Below, piece after piece: positions 41,779 through 54,330 of a stretch of 64,000 nucleotides of DNA (position 1 is its first letter; each line of letters begins with the position of its first letter). The position numbers were made by a program, and so were the translations under genes. The stretch is from contig OX597819.1 in the NCBI GenBank assembly GCA_951406725.2, positions 4,340,001-4,404,000 of the forward strand, given 5' to 3'. A model generated the notes under the pieces. That model saw only the letters and a program-made list of their open reading frames with translations, made no database searches and was not told the DNA's origin. The DNA is from Octopus vulgaris. Lineage: Eukaryota.

Positions 41779-43222
41779 TGCGTGTGTGTGTATCCCATAA
41801 ATAATAATAATATTTATAAACTTAAAACTTAAAAAAGTGATCACCCTGTATTGACTAAAGAAAATATCTAATACTGGAACATATAAACCCTCAGCGGAAA
41901 AAAGTGGGTTTTCCGTACGCATGGGACTATTTCATTTGCTTCCACTCCAGTTAACCTCGGAGCTATGACAAATGGGGATCTGGATACATCAGCAGAAAAA
42001 GCCATGGTCTTCCCCACTTAGATCTACAGTCGTTCTTGCTGTTATTTTCGTTTCTGTCGGTCTCTTGTTTATTTCCTTTCTCTCCTTTTAGGTAGAAGGC
42101 TTGTTGCCTTCGGGAATGATTAGGAGCTGAATTTCCTTATGGACACATCCGTCCATATATTGTTACTGGTTAATTTCCCACTCACACATTATTGTTGCAC
42201 AGAGATTACGCTAATTCAAAAATCGGGATCCTCACCACCAATATCTGAACTAATCATTGTTCCGGCAACAAGTGTAGAGTGGCGCAAGCAATTAGTAAGA
42301 GATGTATGGTACACGCGCTATTTTCACCTTACCTTGTCTCTAATCTTACAAACCAGGAACATGATACCATATGCTTTGTTCTGTTCTTTGGAGCGCACAT
42401 ACTGTCACCATCGGTCAGCATTTCCTCCAATTCCTCTTTTCTTGAAGACACCGGGTCCCGTGATGTTTCTGCTATGAACAAAACTCTTCCATCTCTCTCC
42501 TTGTCCTCTTTAGCCACGGATCCATCGACTTTCTGTCAGTTCCTGGAACCTAGAATGAGTAGTAAGAGACCTTAAACCAGTCTTACAGCGGAAAGTATAA
42601 CATTTGGGCCTTCCGCTCAGTACTTCATTCATATAATTTTAGTTCATGCACCCCTAACTAGGTATAGTTCTGGAATAACTCTTTGGTTTTGAGGAATCAT
42701 AAAAACTTGGAAGTCCACACACACCCCTCTAGATCGAATATCGATTTTCGTAATCTCGTCGGTTACTGTTCGTTCATGTTACTCCACAAAGATGAAATAA
42801 TCCAAAGTATATTACCGCTGCCAACTTCGCTTATTGTCAAACTTGTGTTGGTGGCAATAATACCCGTACATTAGAGAATGGGTCGTTGAGTGAGTGTTTA
42901 TTGTTTCACTTCTGTTTGGCGTTCTGCCTCAGTCTCGATCTGGAAATTGAAGCGGATAGCCCTGTTGGATTTACCTCTGACAATGAATGCACTATTGCTC
43001 CACATATTTCTCAGTCACTCCACATTCTTCTTTAAGGGTATGCTGAACTCTGCTCCGCTTTTAGAGAGCAGGCTTCAGTAATTATGCTATCCGTTTCCTT
43101 GTCTGCTATTTAATATATTACTCGAGCAAGGAGACAGAAAGTTTATTAAAAGTAGTGTTGCGCTAGTTCCCTCAGGGCCAAGTCCTGCCCAACTTTGTTC
43201 GAAGAATTATTGTCAAAATTTG

Positions 43223-43268
<46 letters not shown>

Positions 43269-43588
43269 ACAAGTTTTAGTGATGTTATATGTATGTACGT
43301 GTGTGTGTGTGTGCGTATGTATGTATGTATTTATGAATAAACATTCTCATTTTTCTTGATGTTGTCTTGTTGCTTTTAATGATGATGATGATGATGTTGG
43401 TGCTCTTATCGAAGAAGGTAATATAGTCACTTAAGTGTTTGAAAAGTTATTATTTTTCTCCATTTCAAAATATCCACTTTGTCGTTATTGTTTTGAAGCC
43501 AAATCGTTAAGGTACAACAGCAATTAAAATAAGTTGAACTAAAATTTAATGGTATAATATCTTTTTCTCCCAAAACATAGAAAGCAAA

Positions 43589-43646
<58 letters not shown>

Positions 43647-44279
43647 CTTCCAATTTGTTATGATGTATAAAAGTATTAAAAAAAACATTTTCTACGCTTA
43701 AAATACGTTTATTTATCTGAAACAATCATTCGAACAGAATCAAATAACAAAAAAAGCTGTCGTTTTATTTTACGTCTACTAACACCGAAGAAAGAGGGTT
43801 AATCGATTAACATCGACCCATGTACTTGACTGATACTTTATATTTTTAGGCCGGAGTGAGTAACAATGGAAGTTAACCTGGCAGGATTTGAACCCAAAAC
43901 GTAACGAGAACGAACAAAAGGTGCAAGGCACTTCACCAACGTTCAAATCAACGGGCAAATTACCGCCCTATACAGCTGTTGTTAATTTAGGTTGAGAAAC
44001 AGAAACTTTGAAGGAAAGGGGTAAGTCGATTACATCGACTCCAGTTCTTACCATTCCAACGCCTAGATAATAAGGCACATGAAGGGCTCGAAGAGATACA
44101 GAAATAAGATGAACGCTAAGCAGGGGATTTACAAAGACATGTGGAATAGGACAAAAGGAAGTTATACCAATAGAAGGGGAAGGTTGAAAGGGTTTATACA
44201 AGTACAACTGGGGCAAATTAAAAGTTTATAAAATTACGCAGCTACATGAAAGTATAATAAAACACACAAAGAATCAAAA

Positions 44280-45125
44280 AAAGGAAGCGTGGGGAAGAGG
44301 GTGGGGAGGAAGGAGAGCAGAAGGAGGAGAAAAGGAGAAAGAGGATCAGAAGAAGAAGGAGGAGGAAAGGGGGAAGAGGGGGGAAGAGGAGGAAGAAGAA
44401 GAAGAAGAAGAAAGAAGAAGAAGAAGAGGGAAGAAGAAAAGAAGGAAGAGCAGAAGGAGGAGGAAAATAGGAGGAGGAGATGAGGAGGCGGATGAGGAGA
44501 AATAGGAGAAAGTGGAGGAGGGGGAGGAGGTGGGGAGGAGGTGGGGAGGAGGTGGGGGAGGAGGTGGGGGAGGAGGGGGGGAGGAGGTGGGGGAGGTGGG
44601 GGAGGAAGAAGAAGAAGAAGAAGAAGAAGAAGAAGAAGGAGAAGAAGAAGGAGAAGGTGGAGGTGGAGGAGGAGCAGAAGGAGCAAGAGGAAGGAGGAGA
44701 AGGAAGAAGAGGAGAAAGAGCAAACGGAGCAGGAGAAGGAGGGAAAATGGGAGGGGAAGGAAGAGGAAAAAGAAGAGGAGGAGGAAGGCCAGAAGAAGGG
44801 AAGAAGGAGCAGAAGGAGGAGGAGCAGAAGGAAGAGGAACAGAAGGAGGAGAAGCAGAAGGAGGAGGAGCAGAAGGAGGAGGGGGAGGAAGAGCAGAAGG
44901 AGGAGGAGCAGAAGGAGGAGGGGAGGAAGGAGGAGGAGCAGGAAGAAGAAGGGAAATGGAGAAGGAGGAGGGGAGATGCAAAAGGAAAAGGAGGAGAATG
45001 AAGAAGAGAAGGGGTGGAGAAGTAGAAAAAGGATGAGGAGGAGAGGAAAAGGGGAAGGAGGAGGGGAGAAGGAGGGGAGGAGAAGAGGAAGAAAAAGAAC
45101 AAGAAGAAGAGCAACAACAACAACA
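44280..45125 (+). repeat. ~850-bp polypurine low-complexity tract (GGA/GAA, GAAGGAGGAGGAGCA units)
   Basis: Almost pure A/G on the plus strand. Confidence 0.95.
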
Positions 45126-45779
45126 ACGGTGACGATAACAAAATGACTCAACGACAACAAAAAGTTTTACTTTCCTTCCGCAAGGTTTTCAAAGTTTTGA
45201 AAGTTTGCTTCTTTTGTCCCTCACCGAATCCGTTATGTTACATCATCAGCAAGAATAAACCTAGTTGTCTTAAAATCTCGAGAGAGAGAGAGAGACGTCA
45301 GGTGTCGGATTGTGTGCTTCTTCCATAATTGATAGAGTATCAGTTATAAAACATGGCATATTGAAAAATTTGCTTTATAAATATATACATATATATATCA
45401 ATGCGACGGAATGAGGATTTTATTTGAGAGGTGCGCGATAAACATAGCTGATGGCTGGCATTTGCAATACGTTTCATATGCATCGACTATGAACATTCTC
45501 AAACGTTGACAATGCGATAGCGCTTGGCTATTTGATGTGTAAAAATGATATACTTTTTGAGGAATAGTCCTTGTTCGTTTTATTGAAAAACAAGGGCTTA
45601 GTTTTGCTGGGGATACTAGAGATGTATATTTCTTAAATTTCTTTTCTCTAATTTCATATTTGTGTGAAATATATTTTTCTGGGGTTGTGCATTGCTAAAA
45701 TTGTGATGATCTAAATAATTGAGTAGCATACGACGACGGGGTGGCTAAAAATTAACCCACCAGACAAAATGCTTTTTAA

Positions 45780-46024
45780 AGGATCGAGCTGGCAGAATGG
45801 TCAGCACGTCGGGCGAAATGCTTTGCAGCATTCCGTTCGTCTTTACGTTCTAAGTCCGAATTCCGCCGAAGTTGACATTGACTTCCATCCTTTCGAGCCG
45901 TTAATTTTATTGACCTGGAAAGGATGGAAGGCAATGTCCAGTTGAACACTTGCGTCGATATAACCGATTCTTCCCCTCACCACCACGAAAATACTGGCCT
46001 TGTGCTGAAATTTGAAACCAATAT
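45780..46024 (+). mobile_element. SINE B
   Basis: CGAGCTGGCAGAATGGTCAGCAC head, GGCCTTGTGCTGAAATTTGAAACC tail. Confidence 0.8.
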
Positions 46025-46235
46025 TTGAGTAGTATTGTTTCTCAAGCAAGTATTTTCGCGGAACTTTGAAACAGCTCCTTTTTCATATCTACAAATGGTT
46101 ATTCTACAATGAGTCTGTCGAATGAAAATAATATAGTAAATAATAATGGCGGTGCCCCAGCATGGCCACAGCTCAAGAGCTGAAACTGGAAAACAAAAAC
46201 AAAACATAAACAACACTTTAAATCAGAAACTTTAA

Positions 46236-47233
46236 CTCTTCAGCATTTAGATTACTCTGTCAAACGTAATTCACATTGTTTTGAAATAATCATGCATTAT
46301 CTTTCAGCTTTGAGATTGGATAAAGCGATTGCATGTTTTTATAATGATATCTCTCTATATATAAAACTGAAAATGTGTGTCTGTCTGTCTGTCTGTGTGT
46401 TTCCCTAAAACTTGAGAACTACACAACCAATTTCATTCAAATTTTACACATGCCTTACTTAGGGTCCGGGATGTGTCATCGGCAAAACATTTTTTAACTT
46501 TTTGCCTAGGGCAAGCCCACAGCAATATCATATCTTCTCCACTACGATTCCCTAAAACTCGAGAACTGCACAACCAATTTCATTCAAATTTTACACATGC
46601 CTTACTTAGGGTCCATGTAGTTTCATGGGCAAAAAGAATGTTCAACTTCTTGCCTAGGGCGAGCCCATAGGAATATCATATCTTCTCCACTATTTCAGTA
46701 TTACGTGTTAAAAGTGAAACAAAAACATTTTATGTCAGATACTTTCACTTTAACAATAAAAATAATAATAACAATTGAATTATATGTAGTAAGTAATAAT
46801 TAAAATCAAACTAAAGTATAATATAATCGTAACATAACAAAAGTAAAAATACCAATTGGTATAAAATTGCATCAAGGATTTGAACTTGAATAAGTGGTTT
46901 CACACGAATGGGAATAAATTAAAAATAAAATTATCGTGCAGAAGTGGAATAGTCCTACAATTCTAGTCTGTTATATATTTTCAGTATTGTTATCACTAGC
47001 GATATCAAGATATAACTTTGCATTTTGTATTTTATGTGTAGATGTATATATATAGATGTACATGTAATATGTACACATATATATACTCATATATACATGC
47101 ACTAGCACTATGACCCGGCAAAGACGGGTCATAATGCTAGTTATAGAATAAGTGTGTGGATAGGTTTGTCCAGTTTTAACATAAAACAGCTGAAATATTT
47201 GAGCCGGATATCGGAGGTTTAAATGTTACAGGG
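46236..47233. mobile_element. piggyBac-type (TTAA) MITE interrupted by a Helitron
   Basis: TTAA|CTCTTCAGCATTTA ... TAAATGTTACAGGG|TTTAA degenerate TIRs. Confidence 0.6.
46350..47140 (+). mobile_element. Non-autonomous Helitron
   Basis: A|TCTCTCTATATATAAAA start; 3' TATGACCCG-GCAAAGA-CGGGTCATA hairpin then CTAG|T; internal ~147-bp tandem duplication (46401/46548). Confidence 0.9.
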
Positions 47234-47430
47234 TTTAATAACTCTACGGTTTAAAAATAGCGAAGTGTTGTTTCATAAAATGATGCAACGTTGGTCGTAA
47301 GCTTTTTGAGATTCATAAAAGTAACCATGTTAGAAATGCGTTGATGCAATTATTCCCACTGTAAACTAGTTATTGAACAACAGTGCTGTACAATATAATA
47401 ATGCAGAATATTTCACTATACTATAATTTA

Positions 47431-47560
47431 GTCATACGTGTGATACCAGAATGGACATAGCCAATCTGAAAGAAGCGGCCCAGGATAGAACTGACTGGAG
47501 GACATTGATCCAACGAGTAACCGAGAGTCGACTTCGACTGAGCGGATAGATAGACAGATA
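47431..47560 (+). mobile_element. RTE/BovB-like LINE extreme 3' end
   Basis: MDIANLKEAAQDRTDWRTLIQRVTESRLRLSG* resembles the BovB C-terminus; (GATA)n tail; possible ATAATTTA TSD. Confidence 0.75.
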
Positions 47561-47863
47561 GATAATTTACAGTTATTACTATATTAGTTCGTATTTTGCA
47601 GACTATGTTACATTTACTACTTTATATAAATACTTATTGCTTTAATACAATCATAGAACCGTGTTTAAAAAATAGACAATAACTTTTGGATTTACAAATG
47701 TTAAGTCGTGCCCGAAAGAAACACGTGATTTGTGAACGCGTGTACAAATAAGTCACCTGAAGATAAGTGATTTATGTGCAGTTGAGTAGATATCATTAAA
47801 CTCTTATATAAAATCATAGAATGACATTTGTCATGGCACCAAGAACGCCGGAGGTTTCAGTTG

Positions 47864-48129
47864 TCACAGGCTCGACCATAAACCTGTCGAAGAGCTACCG
47901 ATTCCTTGACGAGGAGCGGAGCCTGGACTGGTGGCTGGCAACACCAGGTTACCGCTGGAGAAGGTGTCACAGCATCTAGAATCCCAGAGGAGAGGCCTAC
48001 AGCTTCGGAACAGGAAATTCTTCATACAGTCCGGCCAATTACCATTTCCTCGGTCTAGCCTCGCTGGCTCGAGCTGGGAAGGGAAGCTTCCTGCGTCAAG
48101 GCGATGCTTTATGAAGATAAGTGATAATC
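47864..48129 (-). CDS. Possible terminal coding exon of an unidentified host gene
   Basis: GC-richer unique sequence; acceptor TTTTCGTTTTCTTTTTGTATCAG|G; about 88 open codons to TGA; no recognisable domain. Confidence 0.25.
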
Positions 48130-48321
48130 CTGATACAAAAAGAAAACGAAAATGCAGGTGAAAATAGTTCAATCAATCATTATTTCTCTAATGGATGAAT
48201 TTACAGTCAATTATTGCTATGACTTGAAGACACACTTAGCTCATTTGTTAAGTAATGGAAGCAACATACACCGAATTTGTATTAACAAGTATGTATGTGT
48301 GCATATATATATATATGTATT

Positions 48322-48422
<101 letters not shown>

Positions 48423-48577
48423 AGGTTTGGAGATGATGTACAGGTATTATTTTGATTTGAAAACCCCACTAGAATGGGAGAAAGCGCTAATGATCTAAGT
48501 GATATGATGTAAAAAATGTAATATATAAATAAATATCTGTAAATATAAACCATCCGATCTTTTGATTACCTCATTTC

Positions 48578-48618
<41 letters not shown>

Positions 48619-48731
48619 TATAATGTATATATATAAATATATATATATACATACATATATATAATGTATATATATACATATATATAATGTATATATATAA
48701 TGTATATATATAAATGTATATATATATAATG

Positions 48732-48785
<54 letters not shown>

Positions 48786-48790
48786 ATGTG

Positions 48791-49020
48791 TGGAGGCGCA
48801 GTGGCCTAGTGGTTAGGGCAGCGGACTCGCGGTCGTAGGATCGCGGTTTCGTTGTGAGTGTTTATTGAGCGAAAACACCTAAAGCTCCACGAGGCTCCGG
48901 GGTGTTGGCGATCCCTGCTGTACTCTTTCGCCACAACTTTCTCTCACTCTTTCTTCTGTTGGCCTGCTCGCTTAGCCAGCGGGGTGGCGTCATTTTAAGG
49001 CTAAAACAATGCGAAGATGT
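48791..49020 (+). mobile_element. SINE family C, shortened
   Basis: Homologous to 12083-12270. Confidence 0.8.
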
Positions 49021-49044
49021 AACAACATCTGATATATATATATA

Positions 49045-49087
<43 letters not shown>

Positions 49088-49272
49088 GGATGGATGGATG
49101 AATTAATTATCCTTTGTTTACAGTTAGCATGGTAGCAAAATTCACACAAGTAACACGGATGAAGCGACCTATTCAAAGGTAGAAACTCCGGGTTAATGTG
49201 CAGTAATTTGTGTAGTATAAGATGAGTCATCGTAATTGTTATAATGTCTTGTTGTTGACATAGGCTCTCTTT

Positions 49273-49355
49273 CTTTCCTGATGAGAAGATTGCATTTTAC
49301 ACCGTTTATTCCTTTGGAATAAAACCAATGTTGTCTTCGAAACATATGTCGAAAG
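49273..49355 (+). ncRNA. Canonical type I minimal hammerhead ribozyme
   Basis: CTTTC-CTGATGA-GAAGA...TCTTC-GAAAC-ATAT-GTC-GAAAG: intact core, 5-bp stems I and II, palindromic stem III ACATATGT, GUC site (cleavage after 49350). Confidence 0.85.
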
Positions 49356-50299
49356 TAAAAGAATTTTAATAACATCTGCGTTCAACTCCATTTATTTACT
49401 TATATATATACATATATATAATGTATGTATATATATATATATACATTATATATATGTAGTTATATATATATATATATATATGTCTGTGTGTGTGTGTGTG
49501 CGGGCGCGTGTATGTGTGTGTGTTGTGCGCTATACATAATAATCCGTTGGATTACATTTGGGGGAGTTTGAAGACGAGAAATTGGGGCTGGTGAAGTCGT
49601 AGAAATTCTCCGACAACCACTTCTGAAGAAGAAGAAGAAGAAGAAGAAGAAGAAGAAGAAGAAGAAGAAGAAGAAGAAGAAGAAGAAGAAGAAGAAGAAG
49701 AAGAAGAAGAAGAAGAAGAAGAAAGGTTTGCACTATGTATGAGTATGTGAAAGATTAGAACGTAATGCGTGAAAAAAAGAAAGAAAGAAAGAGAAGATGG
49801 TTTTGTGTGGGAATGAAGTAGAGTAGAGAAACTAAAATAAATGGAACAAAGGACAAAGCAAATATATTATTATATGATATAAAGACGATAGAACGACGAG
49901 TAGCTTCTTAGTTTTGAAACATGCATTGAATTAAGCGTAATCTAATAAAGCCACATTAAAGAACATATAATTCTATATAAGTAATTGCTATTAGTTTTAT
50001 TGTAGATAATGTATTTATAAATATTAAAGTTAGAAAATAAATGTAAACTAACTTTTTGACGGCTTTTCAAGAAAAAAAATATATGTCGATGTATTACAGA
50101 AAACCACGTTTAGGTGCATCAAAAACAATAGATTCCCTACTTCTTATAAAAACAAAAGGAATTCAGATTTCGACATAAGAGCAGAAGATTGATATTCATA
50201 ATATATGATTCAATTCGAAAAGTAAATTGAAATCAGTTGACAGTATTGCATCGCAGCGAAATGCTGCTAATAGAGAGTCTCAGAGAGACGTATGTATCA

Positions 50300-50338
<39 letters not shown>

Positions 50339-50973
50339 TAATAAATAAATAAAACATACATATATACATACATATATGTACGTACCCACCTCTACATGTA
50401 TATATACATGCATATATGGGTACAGGCCACCAAAAAAACGTCGAACACAATGAGAAACGAAAACATAAGCACAAAACCAAGGACATTTGTTTAAAACAAC
50501 GAAAAAATAGAGTGCAGGACATACAAAACAAGGAAAATTCCCCTTCTTCAGTCGCCTTAATTTCATCTACTCCACGTTTCGAATGTCAAGGCGATACACG
50601 ACTTCAATGAAACTTTCCTTCACGCGAAAATCAAATTAAATAAAATTTGAGATTTTTTTGCAGAGGGGTAAAAATGGTAACAAAAACAGGACAGTAACGA
50701 CAGTAGAAAATATAAACAGTAAAAGACAGGACAGAGAATAACAGTAACACAAACAAGAAGGGCTGTTAAGCCGAACGAGATAAAATTTGTAATATATATT
50801 ACATTCTAAAATAACTTATCTAATCCGTTGTGTATTAATACATTTAAATATCTATTCATCTACCCCCCTACCCAGATGCAGTGCAGCGACATAAATCATT
50901 ACCACTATCTTTACATTTAGCATGCCCTTGTTGTTCTTGTCACTCATGGTCAGATTTGTAGAAATGTTATACA

Positions 50974-51029
<56 letters not shown>

Positions 51030-51643
51030 TACATACATACATACATACATACATACATACATACATACATACATACACACATACATACACACATACATAC
51101 ATACATACATACATACATACATACATACATACATACATACATACATACATACATACATACATACATACATACATACATTCCAAGAATTCTCCATCTGAGA
51201 TTCGTATGTGAATAGATGCACACACTTGAGTGCATGCATCGAGAGTCCAACCAACACACCAACTCAACCACATATTTACAAATACCGGCGACTCTCTTAA
51301 CACAAAAAGCCTTGTTCGTACTTAATATTACTTGTACTTAACATCATAAGTGCATTAGGCCTACAAATTCACACTAATACCTACCAATTTACACAAAAAT
51401 ACTACATGTTTTTTTTTCGAAGAAAGAGTAAAAGAAAGATTCAATCTATTAGCGGCACTGTGAAGATTTGTAAAACATTTCATAGATTTTCCATTTGAGA
51501 TTCTTTAGTTGATCAGATGTATCAACAGCTCAACCAACACACCAACTCAGTCACATAATTACAAACACCAGGAACCCTCTTAACTCAACAAGTCTCGTCG
51601 TTTTGTTAGCGAACTCTCTCAAGAACAAAAACTCATGTGCATA

Positions 51644-51862
51644 TAAGGCGGCGAGCTGACAGAAACGTTAGCACGCCGGGCGAAATGCGTGACCGTTTTT
51701 CGCATGCCGTTACGTTCTGAGTTCAAATTCCGCCGAGGTCGACTTTGCCTTTCGTCCTTTCGGGGTCGATAAATTAAGTACCAGTTGCACACTGGGATCG
51801 ATGTAATCGACTTGATCCGTTTGTCTGTCCTTGTTTAGCCCCTTGTGGGTAGTAAAGAAATA
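51644..51862 (+). mobile_element. SINE B, full length
   Basis: TAAGGCGGCGAGCTGACAGAAACGTTAGC head; tail shared with 16544-16620. Confidence 0.9.
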
Positions 51863-51946
51863 AATATACAAACATACATACATGCACAGTTTGCTGGAAG
51901 AATGGCAAAATATCTGATTCTTGGAAGCATACAAACATCACAATTA

Positions 51947-52421
51947 CAAGATGATATCAAGAAGTTCCCAGGCTAGCACGACAACGGATGGCAGCACACG
52001 GTTGCGTGCGCAAGGAGAGCTAGAAGTGATCATCATAAGGCAATATGCCGAATGACATCGCTGTGGATGCACTCTATCACCGAGCTCTCCTCACTCGAGA
52101 GTTTCTTGCCAAAAACATGGTTTCGCTTCCGCACCCACCTTATTCACCTGATTTAGCACTTACAGACTTCAATCTCTTACCCAAGATGAACGCGCAGCTC
52201 AAAGGACGCTGTTTTAACACCGTTCTAGAGTTCCAGAGCGAATCACAGAAGGTCCTCGACAGGCTTGCGAAAATTGACTTCTAGGTCGGACTCTAAAAAT
52301 GGCAGGAACGCCGAGATTGATGCATTGCTGAGTAAGGTTATTATTTCGAAGTAAGTGATGTTAAAACTTAGTTATATTTTTTCAAAGATAACTAGTCTGG
52401 GAATTTTTTGATACCACCTCG
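51947..52421 (+). mobile_element. Internally deleted mariner
   Basis: TA TSDs; TIRs CAAGATGATATCAAGAAGTTCCCAGGCTAG / CTAGTCTGGGAATTTTTTGATACCACCTCG; LPHPPYSPDLALTDF motif. Confidence 0.9.
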
Positions 52422-52429
52422 TATGTACA

Positions 52430-52870
52430 GAAAGGAAAGTGGTCACTCTGGTTTCTAATAAAAGCCGTGGAATAACTCTCTTAGATTTTACCCCGTGGCT
52501 ATGCGCCTTGTGACTATGCCTCCTCACTAGGATAATTTGGAGAGAGCTTCTATAGTTTCAAGCTAGCTGCAGTCTTTATTGTAGTTCAACTGATGTCGCT
52601 CAGTAAACGCTTGAAAGAGGCCGAGTATCCTTATACGAGATTAACTTCGGCTTTCTTTGTCCTGATTAATGCTTTTGACCCCATCAATAGCTTATGATAG
52701 GTCATATTTAGAACTTCGAGTGCATCTAACGTCTTCTTCATAAGCTGTCGCTCTTTCATGATGTTATGACATTTTAGGTCTCTGCAGGTGGCGAATCCTC
52801 TCTCGCTTTTGAAGTTAGTGTCGGTGTTCTCATGTCTCCACTCACTGACTCTTCTCAATGCACGACATGG
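52430..52870 (+). mobile_element. Very degraded LINE RT fragment (RTE-like)
   Basis: NKSRGITLLD (cf. NYRGISLL) and FFVLINAFDPIN (cf. FIDLTKAFDSV) in the expected order. Confidence 0.55.
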
Positions 52871-53045
52871 GTGTGAACTGCATGAAATATGTATGAGGTA
52901 GCACTTTAACTCTTACCAAACTAAACAGTTAAAAAAGCAAGTGTTGTTTATGTTATAAAAGCAGAACGTTCAAGAATACTAATAAATATAAACATCCATA
53001 ACGGTGGATAAAATTCCATAAATTTGGAAAATTACTTGTGCAATA

Positions 53046-53405
53046 GGCGCAGGCATGCTCCCCAACAACATGGTTCTGGATTCAATCCTATTTGGGTAAA
53101 TGGCTTCTACTATAGCCTTGGGCCAACCAAAGCCTTATGAGTGGATTTGACAGACGGAACCCGAAACAAGCCCATCGTTTGTATATATTTATATGTGTGT
53201 CTTTGTGTCTGTTTGTCTCCCTACCATCGCTTGACAACCGATGTTGGTGTATTTATGTCCCCAAAACTTAGCGGTTCGGTAAAACAGAGCGATAGAATAG
53301 GCTTACAAAGAATAAGTCCTGGGGTCGATTTCTTCGCTAAAGGCGGCACACCGACATGACCGCAATAAAATGACTGAAACATGTAAAAGAGTAACGAGTA
53401 AAGAG
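53046..53405 (+). mobile_element. SINE A, diverged
   Basis: GGCGCAGGCATG head, AAGGCGGCACACCGACATGACCGCA tail. Confidence 0.8.
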
Positions 53406-53899
53406 TAATACAATGCAAACTTTGTGTACGAGGCTATTTAGCTTTATGCGTGGGACTTTACACACACACACACACACACACGTGCACACATAACCCCCCC
53501 CACACACACACACACACATAGGGTTTTGTGTGTGGGTGCGCATGTGCACGAGTATATATATCCAGTAATGTATATATACATTTATATATATATATTTATA
53601 CTACAGCCTTTGGGTAAAAGAAAATACAGGAGGATCAGTTAATTATGATTTTATTTAGAATATTCCCCCTCTCAGATTCACACACTTATTGCAGCGGTCC
53701 TTCATTTTATCTAAAGCCTGTGAAAGAACTCGGAAAGATGGGCCTCAAACCAGGCCTTTCATGAGACCCTTAAAGACAGATACTTTTCAGCACGGTCTCC
53801 TGTATATATATATATATATATATATGTCGTGCAATAAAGAGTAAAGAGTAATACAATGCAAACTTTGTGTACGAGGCTATTTAGCTTTATGCGTGGGAC

Positions 53900-53938
<39 letters not shown>

Positions 53939-54298
53939 ACACATAACCCACACACACACACACACACACACATAGGGTTTTGTGTGTGGGTGCGCATGTG
54001 CACGAGTATATATATCCAGTAATGTATATATACATTTATATACATATATATATTTATACTACAGCCTTTGGGTAAAAGAAAATACAGGAGGATCAGTTAA
54101 TTATGATTTTATTTAGAATATTCCCCCTCTCAGATTCACACACTTATTGCAGCGGTCCTTCATTTTATCTAAAGCCTGTGAAAGAACTCGGAAAGATGGG
54201 CCTCAAACCAGGCCTTTCATGAGACCCTTAAAGACAGATACTTTTCAGCACGGTCTCCTGTATATATATATATATATATATATATATGTCGTGCAATA
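53396..54298. repeat. Recent ~440-460-bp tandem duplication containing a mariner 3' remnant (minus strand)
   Basis: 53396-53836 and 53838-54298 are near-identical except in microsatellites; minus strand reads KMKDRCNKCVNLRG. Confidence 0.9.
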
Positions 54299-54330
54299 TT
54301 TTTTATGTGAAGTCATGTGTTGAAACAGAC

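Noticed and set aside
41920-43200. GC-richer unique stretch, possible decayed retroelement ORF or exon
   Set aside because: No recognisable motif in any frame; cannot be classified
44234-45160. Long ORFs of up to 308 aa
   Set aside because: Stop-free only because the tract is polypurine/polypyrimidine; open in nearly all frames
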